NCBI GenBank assembly: GCA_041663665.1 | Contig: JBAYMG010000006.1 | Location: 1,918 to 65,917, forward strand | Length of the DNA stretch: 64,000 bases | DNA from: Candidatus Omnitrophota bacterium | GTDB lineage: Bacteria > Omnitrophota > Gorgyraeia > Gygaellales > Profunditerraquicolaceae | Direction of reading: 5' to 3' | Part shown: positions 27,026-36,266 of the stretch, one piece after another | Layout: every line of letters starts with the position of its first letter | Position numbering within the stretch: the stretch's first letter is position 1 | Made by a program: the position numbers and the translations under genes | Notes under the pieces: generated by a model | Databases searched by the model: none | What the model saw: the letters and a program-made list of their open reading frames with translations, nothing else | Told to the model about the DNA's origin: nothing

Positions 27026-27045
27026 ATGGGAAAACATCCTCTTTA

Positions 27046-27213
27046 TTAACTACGGCCCTCGTTCTTACGCTTTGAATAACAATCCCTGCAATATATCGGA
27101 CGATCTTCTCTGGGCTTAAAGGGGACTTCACATTCTTTTTTGCATTCTGAACATGTAGCTTTGTGCATCTCTTTTGGCCCTGAACCAAATCCACCACCTG
27201 ATTGATACCCCAT
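27046..27213 (-). CDS. small (55 aa) zf-trcl-like zinc-ribbon protein, paralogue of the 21920..22438 core
   Basis: Hand translation gives MGYQSGGGFGSGPKEMHKATCSECKKECEVPFKPREDRPIYCRDCYSKRKNEGRS. Below the 60-aa ORF-track cutoff. Confidence 0.55.
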   Translation of the reverse strand: MGYQSGGGFGSGPKEMHKATCSECKKECEVPFKPREDRPIYCRDCYSKRKNEGRS

Positions 27214-27609
27214 GCTCTCTCCTTTTTAGATTATACTTTTTTAATCTTTACTAAACGGCTGCGCCCCCACTACCTGCAGTTTGCTCTGGATTATCTTTGT
27301 TTTTCTTAGCTAACTTAATCAGCCTTCTTTCCTCTTTCTTCTTTTTATTCGCCAATTCTTTTTGTTGTTTTATATACGAATAATTTTCTCTTGCCAAAAT
27401 AACCTCCTTTTAAATTAACGCTTAATTTATAAACCTAATAGCACGAGTAGATTAATCTGGAATTTAACCTGCCGAATAATTTGAGTAGGAACTCTCTTAA
27501 AGTTTACTTGGCTGGCCACCATATTTAACAAACAAAACCTGATTATATTATATTCTGCCTTTCGATGTTCTACAAGCACTTTCGTAACAATTAATTTTCT
27601 AAAATATTT

Positions 27610-29502
27610 TTAGAGGGCTAGCTCTTCTAGATAATCCCACCGCTGATAAGCTTGCTTAAGTTCTTCCGAGATATCCTCAGACCTTGCCTTGGCGAGATTA
27701 ATCTCAACCGGTGTTTTCTGATAAAATGCGTAATCTGCAAACTGACCGTAAAGAGACCGCTGTTCTTCTTCCAGTTTTTCAATTTTTAATGGCAGGCTAT
27801 CCAATTCCCGCTGCTCTTTATAGTCTAATTTGCGCGGAACAATAGGTTTTTCCTTTTTTCCCGGATCTTTTTTTATTTTATCTTTTACTAGCTCATTTGG
27901 CTTCACCATCTTGCTTTGGCTCAACCAATCGTCATACCCTCCGGGATATTCGTTAATTACCCCATTCCCCTCTAAAGCAAAAGTTGAAGTAACCACATTA
28001 TTTAAAAATTGACGATCGTGGCTAACCAATAATAATGTACCCGGATATTCAAGCAGCAATTCCTCTAAAAGCTCCAGGGTCTCAATATCCAAATCATTAG
28101 TCGGTTCATCCATGACTAACACATTTGAAGGCTTAGAAAATAATCGCGCCAGGAACAAACGATTACGCTCTCCTCCGGAAAGAACTTTGACTTTTGTCCG
28201 GCTGCGGTCAGGAGCAAAAAGGAAATCCTGCAAATACCCAAGAATATGTTTAGGCCTACCGTTAATCATAATAGTTTCACTGACACCATTAATGTTTTCG
28301 GCCACAGTCTTTTCTTCATCAAGCTGCTCGCGCAGTTGATCATAATAAGCGATCTCTAAATTAGTCCCCAGGACTACTTTCCCTTTTTCCGGAGCAAGGA
28401 CCCCTAATAGAATACGTAAAAGGGTAGTTTTGCCGCTGCCATTTGGCCCAATCAGGCCGATTTTATCCTGACGCATAATCTGAGTGGAAAAATCACGAAT
28501 CAAACATTTGTCCCCGTAACTAAAACCAAGATTAACGGCCTTAATCACTCTGTGCCCGGAGATAATGGATTTTTGCGCAACCATGCGCACAGCGCCCTCC
28601 TGTTTACGCTGAGTTTTCTTTTCCTCCCTCAAGCGTTCCAGGGCTTTTACCCGCCCTTCATTACGGCACCTTCTAGCCTTGACCCCTTTGCGAATCCATA
28701 TTTCTTCCTCGGCTAACTTTTTATCAAAATGATTCCACTCAACTTCCTCGATATCTAAGGCTGCTTGTTTACGTTGTAAAAATGTACTGTAATCACACGC
28801 CCAGCTATAGATTTTACCCCGGTCAAGCTCAACAATTCTAGTTGCCAGATGAGTCATAAACATCCTGTCATGGGTCACAAAAAAAACTGTACCCGGGTAA
28901 CTACGCAGGAATTCTTCCAGCCAATTAATCGAATCAATATCCAAATGATTGGTCGGTTCATCAAGCAGCAAAACATCCGGCTTAATCACCAACGCCCGGG
29001 CTAAAAGTACCCGCCGTTTCTGCCCGCCGGATAAAGATTGAAAATCACACCCGGCATCAAGCTTCATCTGGACTATAACATTTTCAACTTGAGCATTAAG
29101 ATCCCAGCTACCAGTATGATCTATCTCAGCCTGCAAAGTATCCAACTGGCTAAGTAATACAGCTGAATGTTCAGTTTGAAGGCGTTGAGCAAGATGATGA
29201 TAGCGGCTTAAAAGATCAGCGCGCTCTCCTAAACCAGAAAGAACAATATCAAAAACATCGCCCTTCATATCCATGGGGATCTCTTGAGGCAAATGGGTAA
29301 CCTGAATCCCCTTCTGAAAAATCACTGTACCGGTATCAACCTCAAGCTGGCCGGATAATACCTTAATTAAGGTAGTTTTCCCTGAGCCATTACGGCCCAA
29401 AAGAGCAATTTTTTCCCCCGACTCCAGCTGCAAGTTTAAACGGTCAAAGATCAACGGGCCGCTAAACCTCAAATTAACTTCCTGCAAACTAATTAAAGCC
29501 AT
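27610..29502 (-). CDS. ABC-F family ATPase (tandem ABC domains, Uup/YheS-like, C-terminal coiled coil)
   Basis: Two Walker A (GRNGSGKTT, GPNGSGKTT), two signature and two Walker B motifs. No TM region. Confidence 0.9.
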   Translation of the reverse strand: MALISLQEVNLRFSGPLIFDRLNLQLESGEKIALLGRNGSGKTTLIKVLSGQLEVDTGTVIFQKGIQVTHLPQEIPMDMKGDVFDIVLSGLGERADLLSRYHHLAQRLQTEHSAVLLSQLDTLQAEIDHTGSWDLNAQVENVIVQMKLDAGCDFQSLSGGQKRRVLLARALVIKPDVLLLDEPTNHLDIDSINWLEEFLRSYPGTVFFVTHDRMFMTHLATRIVELDRGKIYSWACDYSTFLQRKQAALDIEEVEWNHFDKKLAEEEIWIRKGVKARRCRNEGRVKALERLREEKKTQRKQEGAVRMVAQKSIISGHRVIKAVNLGFSYGDKCLIRDFSTQIMRQDKIGLIGPNGSGKTTLLRILLGVLAPEKGKVVLGTNLEIAYYDQLREQLDEEKTVAENINGVSETIMINGRPKHILGYLQDFLFAPDRSRTKVKVLSGGERNRLFLARLFSKPSNVLVMDEPTNDLDIETLELLEELLLEYPGTLLLVSHDRQFLNNVVTSTFALEGNGVINEYPGGYDDWLSQSKMVKPNELVKDKIKKDPGKKEKPIVPRKLDYKEQRELDSLPLKIEKLEEEQRSLYGQFADYAFYQKTPVEINLAKARSEDISEELKQAYQRWDYLEELAL

Positions 29503-29527
29503 TATTTCTCCAATTCATTTCAAAATT

Positions 29528-29590
29528 AGGGGACGTTTCTATTTATTTTATCGTTTTATACATCTAAATAAATAGGAGCGTCCCCGATTT
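29528..29590. repeat. palindromic repeat element, copy D (left arm variant gtttc)
   Basis: aggggacgtttctatttatttt-N15-aaataaataggagcgtccccgattt. Ends 6 nt before the stop of the 83-aa gene. Confidence 0.8.
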
Positions 29591-29596
29591 AATTGA

Positions 29597-29848
29597 TTAT
29601 TGATAATTAAAAAGATCTTTAAGTAAATAACTTTTACCCGCAGCTTTATTCAAAGCATTCAGGATTTTAATTTGCACATGCGCAGTCAGCCTTTTGCCTT
29701 TTACGGCACGAGCAACCATTTTGTGCGTAATTTGTTCGGCTGAATTTCTTACCAGATCATTTGGTTTCAACTCATGTTCAGCAATAATTTTTGCAATCGG
29801 CTGTTGCCCGAAATTTCTTTCAAGTTTTTGAAATTTATTTTCTATCAT
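29597..29848 (-). CDS. hypothetical small protein (83 aa)
   Basis: ORF with start codon. Basic/helical, no recognised domain. Confidence 0.4.
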   Translation of the reverse strand: MIENKFQKLERNFGQQPIAKIIAEHELKPNDLVRNSAEQITHKMVARAVKGKRLTAHVQIKILNALNKAAGKSYLLKDLFNYQ

Positions 29849-30199
29849 TTAAATTAAATAACCCAACCGTCGCAATTCGAGTTCTGCTTTTTCAACCTGC
29901 TGGCCCTGCAATTGGATCGTATAATCCTTTACCGCTCCGCCTGTGCCGAAAGTACTTTTTAATTTCGCAGCCAAATCCTCAAGCTGTTCTTGGCTTAAAG
30001 GTAAACCATAAATTATCGTTACACCTTTATTTTTTCTACCCGCTGTTTCATGCCGAACCCTAACCTTACCGCTAGTCTCAGGTAAAACACTCCTTTTTAT
30101 TTGTTGACAAATACACTCCTTAACCGGTTTAGAGCAACCCGGGCAAATTGCGCCATGGAGAGTGGAATAAACAAAATTAGATTCGGTATTATTTTCCAT
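29849..30199 (-). CDS. yciH: SUI1/eIF1-family translation factor YciH
   Basis: KVRVRHETAGRKNKGVTIIYGL and GTGGAVKDYTIQLQG are SUI1-domain signatures. Confidence 0.85.
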   Translation of the reverse strand: MENNTESNFVYSTLHGAICPGCSKPVKECICQQIKRSVLPETSGKVRVRHETAGRKNKGVTIIYGLPLSQEQLEDLAAKLKSTFGTGGAVKDYTIQLQGQQVEKAELELRRLGYLI

Positions 30200-30225
30200 A
30201 TTTTAATATTACATCTCTCAAATTA

Positions 30226-30555
30226 TTACGCCTTGGCTAATAGCCCGCGAAACATGAAAAAGGCTGCAGCCAAAATACATAGTGCTGCCCAGAGATAATC
30301 TTTCTTTAAACCCTCTTTCATATAAAATACGCAAAACGGCACGAACACTGATAAAGTTATTAGCTCTTGCAGAATCTTAAGCTGCCCAAGATTCATTACC
30401 TGATGGCCAATTCGATTTGCCGGAACTTGCAGAAGATATTCAAATAAAGCTACTCCCCAGCTGATTATAGCCGCGAAAATCCAGGGTTTTTGGCTATAAT
30501 TTTTTAAGTGGCCATACCAAGCAAAAGTCATAAACACATTACTGCATATCAACAT
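30226..30555 (-). CDS. DUF486/DMT-superfamily small membrane protein
   Basis: SNVFMTFAWYGHLK N-terminal family signature; 4 TMs. Confidence 0.7.
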   Translation of the reverse strand: MLICSNVFMTFAWYGHLKNYSQKPWIFAAIISWGVALFEYLLQVPANRIGHQVMNLGQLKILQELITLSVFVPFCVFYMKEGLKKDYLWAALCILAAAFFMFRGLLAKA

Positions 30556-30805
30556 TAAAACCGTAATAGGATACTTATTAATTTTTAACCTCTTTTCTAA
30601 AAAATCCTCCGGTTCTTTACCGTTAACCTTTTAAAACTTAATAATTAAGTACCCTTTTAGCTTAAGGAAACTAAACCTCTTACTAATTTATGCCCCCGGG
30701 CCTTTCTATTTATTAAGGTGTATTATACGGCTCAAAACAACTGTTATCAAGACAATTCGAGTTTGCACCGGATGTTTGATATTGCTGAGGGGTAATTATG
30801 TTTAT

Positions 30806-31222
30806 CTATTTACGCAGCTCAATTTCACTACGCAGTTGTTTACAGATAATTCTTTCAATTTCTGCTTTTGTATCAGCCAAAGCAATAAGCTCTTCTTGTA
30901 GTTTTATGCGTTCAGCAGTTTCCTTCTTTAACTCCAACCACCTGCGCCAAGAAAAAACAGCAAAAACAATACTTAAAGTCAGGAACCCGACAATGACTTC
31001 ATCAACATAAACTATTTTATGCGGATGTTTCTCAAGGTAGCGGACAATAAAAATAAATACATCAAAAAAATATGAAAGAATCGATACAATAATTAAAACA
31101 ATACTCCCGGCGAACAAATCTTTAAGTGAATTTGAAAATTGAATTTTGTTATTTTTCTTTTTAATTTTTTGCATATTAACCCTTATTTTACTTTTTAAGC
31201 CCGACACTTTTACTATACTCAA
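30806..31222 (-). CDS. hypothetical membrane protein with C-terminal coiled coil
   Basis: ATGA overlap with the response-regulator stop; 2 TMs then a charged coiled-coil region. Confidence 0.4.
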   Translation of the reverse strand: MSIVKVSGLKSKIRVNMQKIKKKNNKIQFSNSLKDLFAGSIVLIIVSILSYFFDVFIFIVRYLEKHPHKIVYVDEVIVGFLTLSIVFAVFSWRRWLELKKETAERIKLQEELIALADTKAEIERIICKQLRSEIELRK

Positions 31223-31587
31223 CTTCCCCCGGTAAATTCTTTAATCTTAAATAACAAATCTGCCGGCTCAAAAGGTTTTAATATATAAGCATCCGCACCC
31301 ATCTCTATTATTTTTTCAGGAATACGGATAATGCTGGCGGTAAATATGATTATGGGAATTTGCTTGAATTCCGGATCAGCTTTGAGCTGTTTACAAAGAG
31401 TGCCTCCCTGCATATCCGGCAACAACAGATCCAGTAATATTAAATCCGGCTTGTTCTTTTTTAACACTTCCAATGCCTCTTCACTGCTGGCTGCCTGCAA
31501 AACTTCATATCCTGAGGTCTCAAGCCTAGCCACGGTAACAGCAAGTAAGTCTGGCTCATCGTCTACAATCAGAATTTTTTTAAGCAT
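31219..31587 (-). CDS. single-domain response regulator (CheY-like receiver)
   Basis: ILIVDDEP, phospho-acceptor Asp in LILLDLLLPD, conserved T/K positions. Confidence 0.85.
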   Translation of the reverse strand: MLKKILIVDDEPDLLAVTVARLETSGYEVLQAASSEEALEVLKKNKPDLILLDLLLPDMQGGTLCKQLKADPEFKQIPIIIFTASIIRIPEKIIEMGADAYILKPFEPADLLFKIKEFTGGS

Positions 31588-31729
31588 TTGATCTCCTCCG
31601 TTCTACTATCTACGGTCGGCAGCCGCTGTCCCCTGATAAAACAACACTACGAATTTATGCTAAAGCTATTCCTTTCTTGTTTATACATCTAATTTTTAAT
31701 ATCGGCTCACATTTATTTACTTTTAAAGC

Positions 31730-32080
31730 TTATTTACCGGCCTTAACCGTGATTTCTTTTAATAATTTCCCGCTGATACTGCAATAACCTTCGACAGATA
31801 GTATGTCGCCGTCTTTCACATCCGGAATCAGATAACTAACGGTTTGATTTTCAAAATTATCTTCCCTGGAAATAACCTGCTCAATAATCTCTTTACCATT
31901 TAAGCCTACATCAACCTTTTTAATATAATGAGTTAGCGGATTATTTGTATTGTGCATAATTATAGCTTTAAGTATTTTGGTATTTGGATCAAAATCAATC
32001 TTGATATCAGATGGCGGATGCGCATAAGCAGCTGAAACAACTGACATAAAAATAACCAAAAACATTACAATTTTTTTCAT
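31730..32080 (-). CDS. secreted hypothetical protein (116 aa, signal peptide)
   Basis: Signal peptide MKKIVMFLVIFMSVVSAAYA. Overlaps the upstream gene stop. Confidence 0.5.
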   Translation of the reverse strand: MKKIVMFLVIFMSVVSAAYAHPPSDIKIDFDPNTKILKAIIMHNTNNPLTHYIKKVDVGLNGKEIIEQVISREDNFENQTVSYLIPDVKDGDILSVEGYCSISGKLLKEITVKAGK

Positions 32081-32832
32081 ACCCGGCCTCCTTTGGTTAA
32101 TGATAATTTATTTAATAACGGAACAACGGCATTCATAGCCAACAAACTGAAAAGCTCAACATCAAACCTCGCTCCAAATTCAGTTAAAACAAAAATAAGC
32201 CCGGCAAGGCCTGCGCCGAAAAGATATTTTCCGATTGGTTTTACAGGTGAAGTCATTGGCTCAATGATCATAACAAATATATAAAAGTAACTTAATAAAC
32301 CAAAAATATTCCCCAAAGGAACCTTTTGATAAAATGCCTGAGTGCCGAATAATAATAAAGAAACAACAGCATAGCCGATAATTACTTCCGTTTTTCTAAT
32401 CCTCCGGGCAAAATAAAATCCAAAAGGTAAAAGCATGTACCAAAGATAGGTTCCTTTCCACTGAGTAGAAGCGCCAAAAACAATAAGCGTCAAAAATATA
32501 CCACAAGAGGCTGGGTTAAATATATGCTTCTTCCGGAAACGAATTACATGCTTAGAGAGAATGGCTAAAAATGAAGCTGCTATAAATCTCCACCACGCTT
32601 GGTCACTGGCAAGCACATAACCGATAATTAATCCCGTGATAATTGAGCTTTCGGTTACCTGAAAAACTTTTGTCCGAAGATACAGGATAACTGACTCTAC
32701 TGTCAAGCTTGAAACAACAGCAATAAATACTCCCGACAGAAATACAGGATCTTTATCTTTAAGCGACAGAAAAAAGGCAAAACCAATTAAATAGAGAATT
32801 AACTGGGTTTTAATAGATTCAAGTTTTAGCAT
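32077..32832 (-). CDS. polytopic membrane protein, possibly NqrB/RnfD-like (short)
   Basis: About 8 TMs. The HIFNPASCGIFL motif resembles the FNPAL motif of NqrB/RnfD-family subunits. Assignment is tentative. Confidence 0.35.
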   Translation of the reverse strand: MLKLESIKTQLILYLIGFAFFLSLKDKDPVFLSGVFIAVVSSLTVESVILYLRTKVFQVTESSIITGLIIGYVLASDQAWWRFIAASFLAILSKHVIRFRKKHIFNPASCGIFLTLIVFGASTQWKGTYLWYMLLPFGFYFARRIRKTEVIIGYAVVSLLLFGTQAFYQKVPLGNIFGLLSYFYIFVMIIEPMTSPVKPIGKYLFGAGLAGLIFVLTEFGARFDVELFSLLAMNAVVPLLNKLSLTKGGRV

Positions 32833-32894
32833 GCGGGCTTTTAGCTGTTCCTTTTTTAAGAAATCAAAAACAAATATTATTCTTGCTAGAAATT

Positions 32895-33848
32895 CTATTT
32901 AAGCTGCTCTTTTAACCGGTACATAACACCCGAAGCTATCTCAGGCTTAGGAAGGCCGAATTCACGCGCTGAGATAGTGACTTGAGTTGAGCCTTCCGAA
33001 AGTTTTTTTAGTTTTAAAATTACTTTTGCTCCGTCAACCTCAGCACTAATTAAACCATCGGCTTTATTTTCCTGCTGAACCTTTCCGGCAATTTTAATAG
33101 CTTTAAACCCGGCATCATAAGCTTGCTCTATCGTTAGGTTAAAAATCCCCTGAGCATAGTCCTTGCCTGTTAAGGTAAACACTACTCCAACCGGCAGAAA
33201 CGCCACACCGGCAAACATAGCAGCTCCGTACATTTTAAGTCCTTGGATACCAGCTACTTTTAATGGTTCCGATATAATTAAAACGATAAGCTGCTGAACA
33301 CTAGTAATATTTTTGTAAGTCTTTTTCAAATTAATATCATATACCTTAACTACCGATGAATTTCCCCCTGCACTATAATCCCTGCTTACCACTCTGCCCA
33401 TATCTAAACTTACAATGTCAATTTGGACAACCGGTTGTTTACCAGGTTTTTTTTCTTTTTTACCGGATTTTTCCGCAACTATTTTTAAAGAATCAACATT
33501 AAGTTTACCATCCTTATTCTTAACCATGCCTATTTCTTTAATTTCCAGCTCTAAATGCTTAAGATGAATCCTGCCGGTAACAAGAGCTTTCAAATTGCAG
33601 GCAACACCTATCTTAGGAATATCTACCAGAATATCCTTAGAAAACCCCTTAGGATTATACATCCTAAAATTAGATATTCTTACCGACTGCTTTATTATAC
33701 TTAGCGAAAGCCCGCCTATATGAGTAGGAGCGCCGGTAATGCTGCTTGTCACGGTGCCGATTAGCGACTTAATACAAAAATCCCTAATCCAGCAGAATAC
33801 AAAGAGCAAAACGACTACCAGGATTACTACCCTGATTTTTTTCTGCAT
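32895..33848 (-). CDS. membrane-anchored hypothetical protein, AsmA-like repeat pattern
   Basis: N-terminal TM then a beta-rich domain with AsmA-like NPKGF and DIPKIGV motifs. Confidence 0.35.
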   Translation of the reverse strand: MQKKIRVVILVVVLLFVFCWIRDFCIKSLIGTVTSSITGAPTHIGGLSLSIIKQSVRISNFRMYNPKGFSKDILVDIPKIGVACNLKALVTGRIHLKHLELEIKEIGMVKNKDGKLNVDSLKIVAEKSGKKEKKPGKQPVVQIDIVSLDMGRVVSRDYSAGGNSSVVKVYDINLKKTYKNITSVQQLIVLIISEPLKVAGIQGLKMYGAAMFAGVAFLPVGVVFTLTGKDYAQGIFNLTIEQAYDAGFKAIKIAGKVQQENKADGLISAEVDGAKVILKLKKLSEGSTQVTISAREFGLPKPEIASGVMYRLKEQLK

Positions 33849-34053
33849 TTAATAACTCCCTTCTTAACGCCCCTTATCAACAAAAAAGCAACCCCCAATT
33901 TTAGAGATTGCCACTTCAATTAAACTTTAATCTGCTCTCATTTTCACCTCTTCATATTAAAATTATTCTATACCTTACTCCTTTGCTGTCAACCTTTTTA
34001 TGTAATACACAAAAGCTTTTAATATATTATATAAAAAAAACGAGCAGGCTAGA

Positions 34054-34728
34054 TTAGCTTTTTATCTTGCCTAATAATCTTAATAACCCATCGAGAATAG
34101 TTAAGGGATGCGGCGGGCATCCGGGAATAAAAAGATCTACTGGAATAATCGTCTCCAGGCCTCCAGACACTTCCGGACTGCCAAGAAAAATCCCCCCGGA
34201 GATCGCACAGCTTCCCACCGCAATAACAATCTTCGGGCCTGGCATTGCCTCATAAGTTTTTAAAAGAGCTTCTCTCATATTACGGGAAATAGGACCGGTA
34301 ACTACAATACCATCAGCATGCCGCGGAGAAGCCACAAATTGAATGCCAAAACGGCCTAGCGCAAAAACCGGGGTATTTAAAACATTCAAATCCAGCTCAC
34401 AGGAATTGCAGCCTCCGGCTGAAACTTGGCGCAATTTAAGTGAGCGGCCAAAAATCCTCAACATTTCCCGATTAAGTGCCGCAGCCAAGACCTTTTCATT
34501 TTTCGTAATAATCAAATGTTCCCGTTTCGCTGCAGCCATTCGATAATCATTCGAATATCTCACATCGCTATCCGGAATAAAAGTTATCTTTCCTATGTCC
34601 AAACTTTCCGGATCCCGGGCAATGATCGGACAACCTCGATAACGCGCAGGAAAACTTGGGGCGTTACCTTTGGGGAAAGGCAATGTCCGGCACCCTTGTT
34701 GAAATAATGTTTTAATAATCTTTAGCAT
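34054..34728 (-). CDS. NuoB / group-4 hydrogenase small-subunit-like protein (4Fe-4S), Ehr-type S subunit
   Basis: GGCNSCELDL, GSCAISGG and IPGCPPHP cysteines match the HycG/EchC type (CxxC rather than the NuoB CC). Extra N-terminal extension of about 80 aa. Confidence 0.85.
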   Translation of the reverse strand: MLKIIKTLFQQGCRTLPFPKGNAPSFPARYRGCPIIARDPESLDIGKITFIPDSDVRYSNDYRMAAAKREHLIITKNEKVLAAALNREMLRIFGRSLKLRQVSAGGCNSCELDLNVLNTPVFALGRFGIQFVASPRHADGIVVTGPISRNMREALLKTYEAMPGPKIVIAVGSCAISGGIFLGSPEVSGGLETIIPVDLFIPGCPPHPLTILDGLLRLLGKIKS

Positions 34729-34740
34729 TAATGTTTTATA

Positions 34741-36261
34741 CTATAAGTCGTGCCCGCAATAAGATAAATTAAAGCTCTTATTGCATAATGGAAAATCAGA
34801 AATTTCCTGGTTGCGCATTGCCAAACTTAAAGCCGGCCAATTATGAAACGATGGATCTTTAATCTTGTACCTGGACAAGTTCCCCTGGGCATCTGTAATA
34901 CCAACATGTGCAATTTCGCCTCTCCACCCTTCAACCAGAGATATTGCAAGTGTATCTTTTGCCATTGAAGTTACCGGTGTAAAAATTTCCCCGCTGGGCA
35001 AAGACGGTAAAATCTTCAACAAAAATTCCAAAGACCGCAGCACTTCCTGACGCTTTACCAGCGCCCGGGAATACACATCTCCTGTTACACCCAAAGAAAT
35101 AGGAACATGATGAAACTGCCACATCCCTGAGGAATAATTAATCCGCACATCAGTCTCTAGCTGACTGGCTCTGCCCGCAGGACCAACCAGGCCAAGCATT
35201 TTTGCATCTTTCATCGAGATCGAGCCGATATCTTCAAAACGAGCCAAAACTGAAGACTGGCTAAATAAAAGATCACTAACAGAATCAAACTCTTTCTTAT
35301 ACTCTTTAAGTTTACGGCAAAATTCATTGGACATAGCAGCATCAATATCAAACAAAACACCTCCTGGACGGCATAACCCTTTACCGAACCTGTTCCCGAC
35401 CAAAGAAAGTAATAAATTCAGGTAGTCGCCCCGCATGCGCCCAAAATATGAACTTGTTGGCAAAAAACCTGCATCCATTCCCATGGCTCCCAAATCGCCC
35501 ACATGATTGGCCAGCCTCTCAAGCTCTAAACCAACCGCGCGGACCGCCTGCGCCCGGGAAGGAATCAAGCATCCGGAAAGAGATTCAATAACTTCGCAAA
35601 AAGCTATAGAGTGACCAAGGGATGTATCTCCGGCAATAGACTCGCTCAAAAGAACACTGCGCTTCAAATCTTTTCCACACATTAAAGGCTCGATCCCGCG
35701 ATGTTGGTACCCAAGCTGAATCTCCAAATGCAAGATTTCTTCACCATGGCATTGAAACCGAAAATGTCCAGGCTCAATAATACCAGCATGCACCGGTCCA
35801 ACACCCACTTCATGAACTTCCTCGCCACCCACAAAATAAAAAGGATAAGAACCAGGAATAGTCCGCTGTTTAATATCCGGCCAAAGATCAGGCACACCGC
35901 GGTAATTGGCATGATAACGCAAAGGCTTAAGCCACGGATGGCCAACAGGCATAATTGCCCACTGCTCAGCAATCTCCCGTTCAAACAAATTAGCCTGAAG
36001 CAAATCCTTAGTTAGAGATTCATAGCTCGGATATTCAGACAGAATTTTAGTTGATAATATCTGCAGTCCTCCCCCCTCATCTTCCCCCAGAATCGCAAAC
36101 AAACGCACATCCTGCCTGTCTTCCGGGCTGCCGAAAAAATTAATTAACCGGGCATCTAAACGGCAACGACGGATCACCTCAGCACGGAATTCTTGCGCCG
36201 TAAGCAAAGGAACATCCGTCAATGCAATATTACCGCCATTAAATAATTCCATAGATTTCAC
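34741..36261 (-). CDS. NuoC-NuoD / HycE-like large subunit lacking the canonical [NiFe]-binding cysteines (Ehr-type L subunit)
   Basis: GPVHAGIIEPGHFRF and HRGIEPL signatures of group-4 large subunits. The position of the RxCGxCxxxH motif reads SIAGDTSLGH. The C-terminus is DFPLCNKSFNLSYCGHDL rather than DPCxxCxxH/R. Confidence 0.85.
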   Translation of the reverse strand: MKSMELFNGGNIALTDVPLLTAQEFRAEVIRRCRLDARLINFFGSPEDRQDVRLFAILGEDEGGGLQILSTKILSEYPSYESLTKDLLQANLFEREIAEQWAIMPVGHPWLKPLRYHANYRGVPDLWPDIKQRTIPGSYPFYFVGGEEVHEVGVGPVHAGIIEPGHFRFQCHGEEILHLEIQLGYQHRGIEPLMCGKDLKRSVLLSESIAGDTSLGHSIAFCEVIESLSGCLIPSRAQAVRAVGLELERLANHVGDLGAMGMDAGFLPTSSYFGRMRGDYLNLLLSLVGNRFGKGLCRPGGVLFDIDAAMSNEFCRKLKEYKKEFDSVSDLLFSQSSVLARFEDIGSISMKDAKMLGLVGPAGRASQLETDVRINYSSGMWQFHHVPISLGVTGDVYSRALVKRQEVLRSLEFLLKILPSLPSGEIFTPVTSMAKDTLAISLVEGWRGEIAHVGITDAQGNLSRYKIKDPSFHNWPALSLAMRNQEISDFPLCNKSFNLSYCGHDL

Positions 36262-36266
36262 CTTTT

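Noticed and set aside
27250-27397. Apparent 49-codon Lys-rich small ORF (TTG start after GGAGG) in the ORF-free region
   Set aside because: On careful recount the sequence has six, not five, A residues (cttttttg on plus). The frame hits TAA after 18 codons and no alternative frame has a start codon.
9874-29590. Possibility that the repeated palindromes form a CRISPR array
   Set aside because: Copies are tens of kilobases apart and each is itself a palindrome with a loop. There is no regular repeat-spacer periodicity and no cas genes.
33849-34053. Possible hidden small ferredoxin (NuoI/HycF substitute) in the 205-bp gap after the small-subunit gene
   Set aside because: Region is very AT-rich with almost no Cys codons in any minus-strand frame and no ORF over 25 codons.
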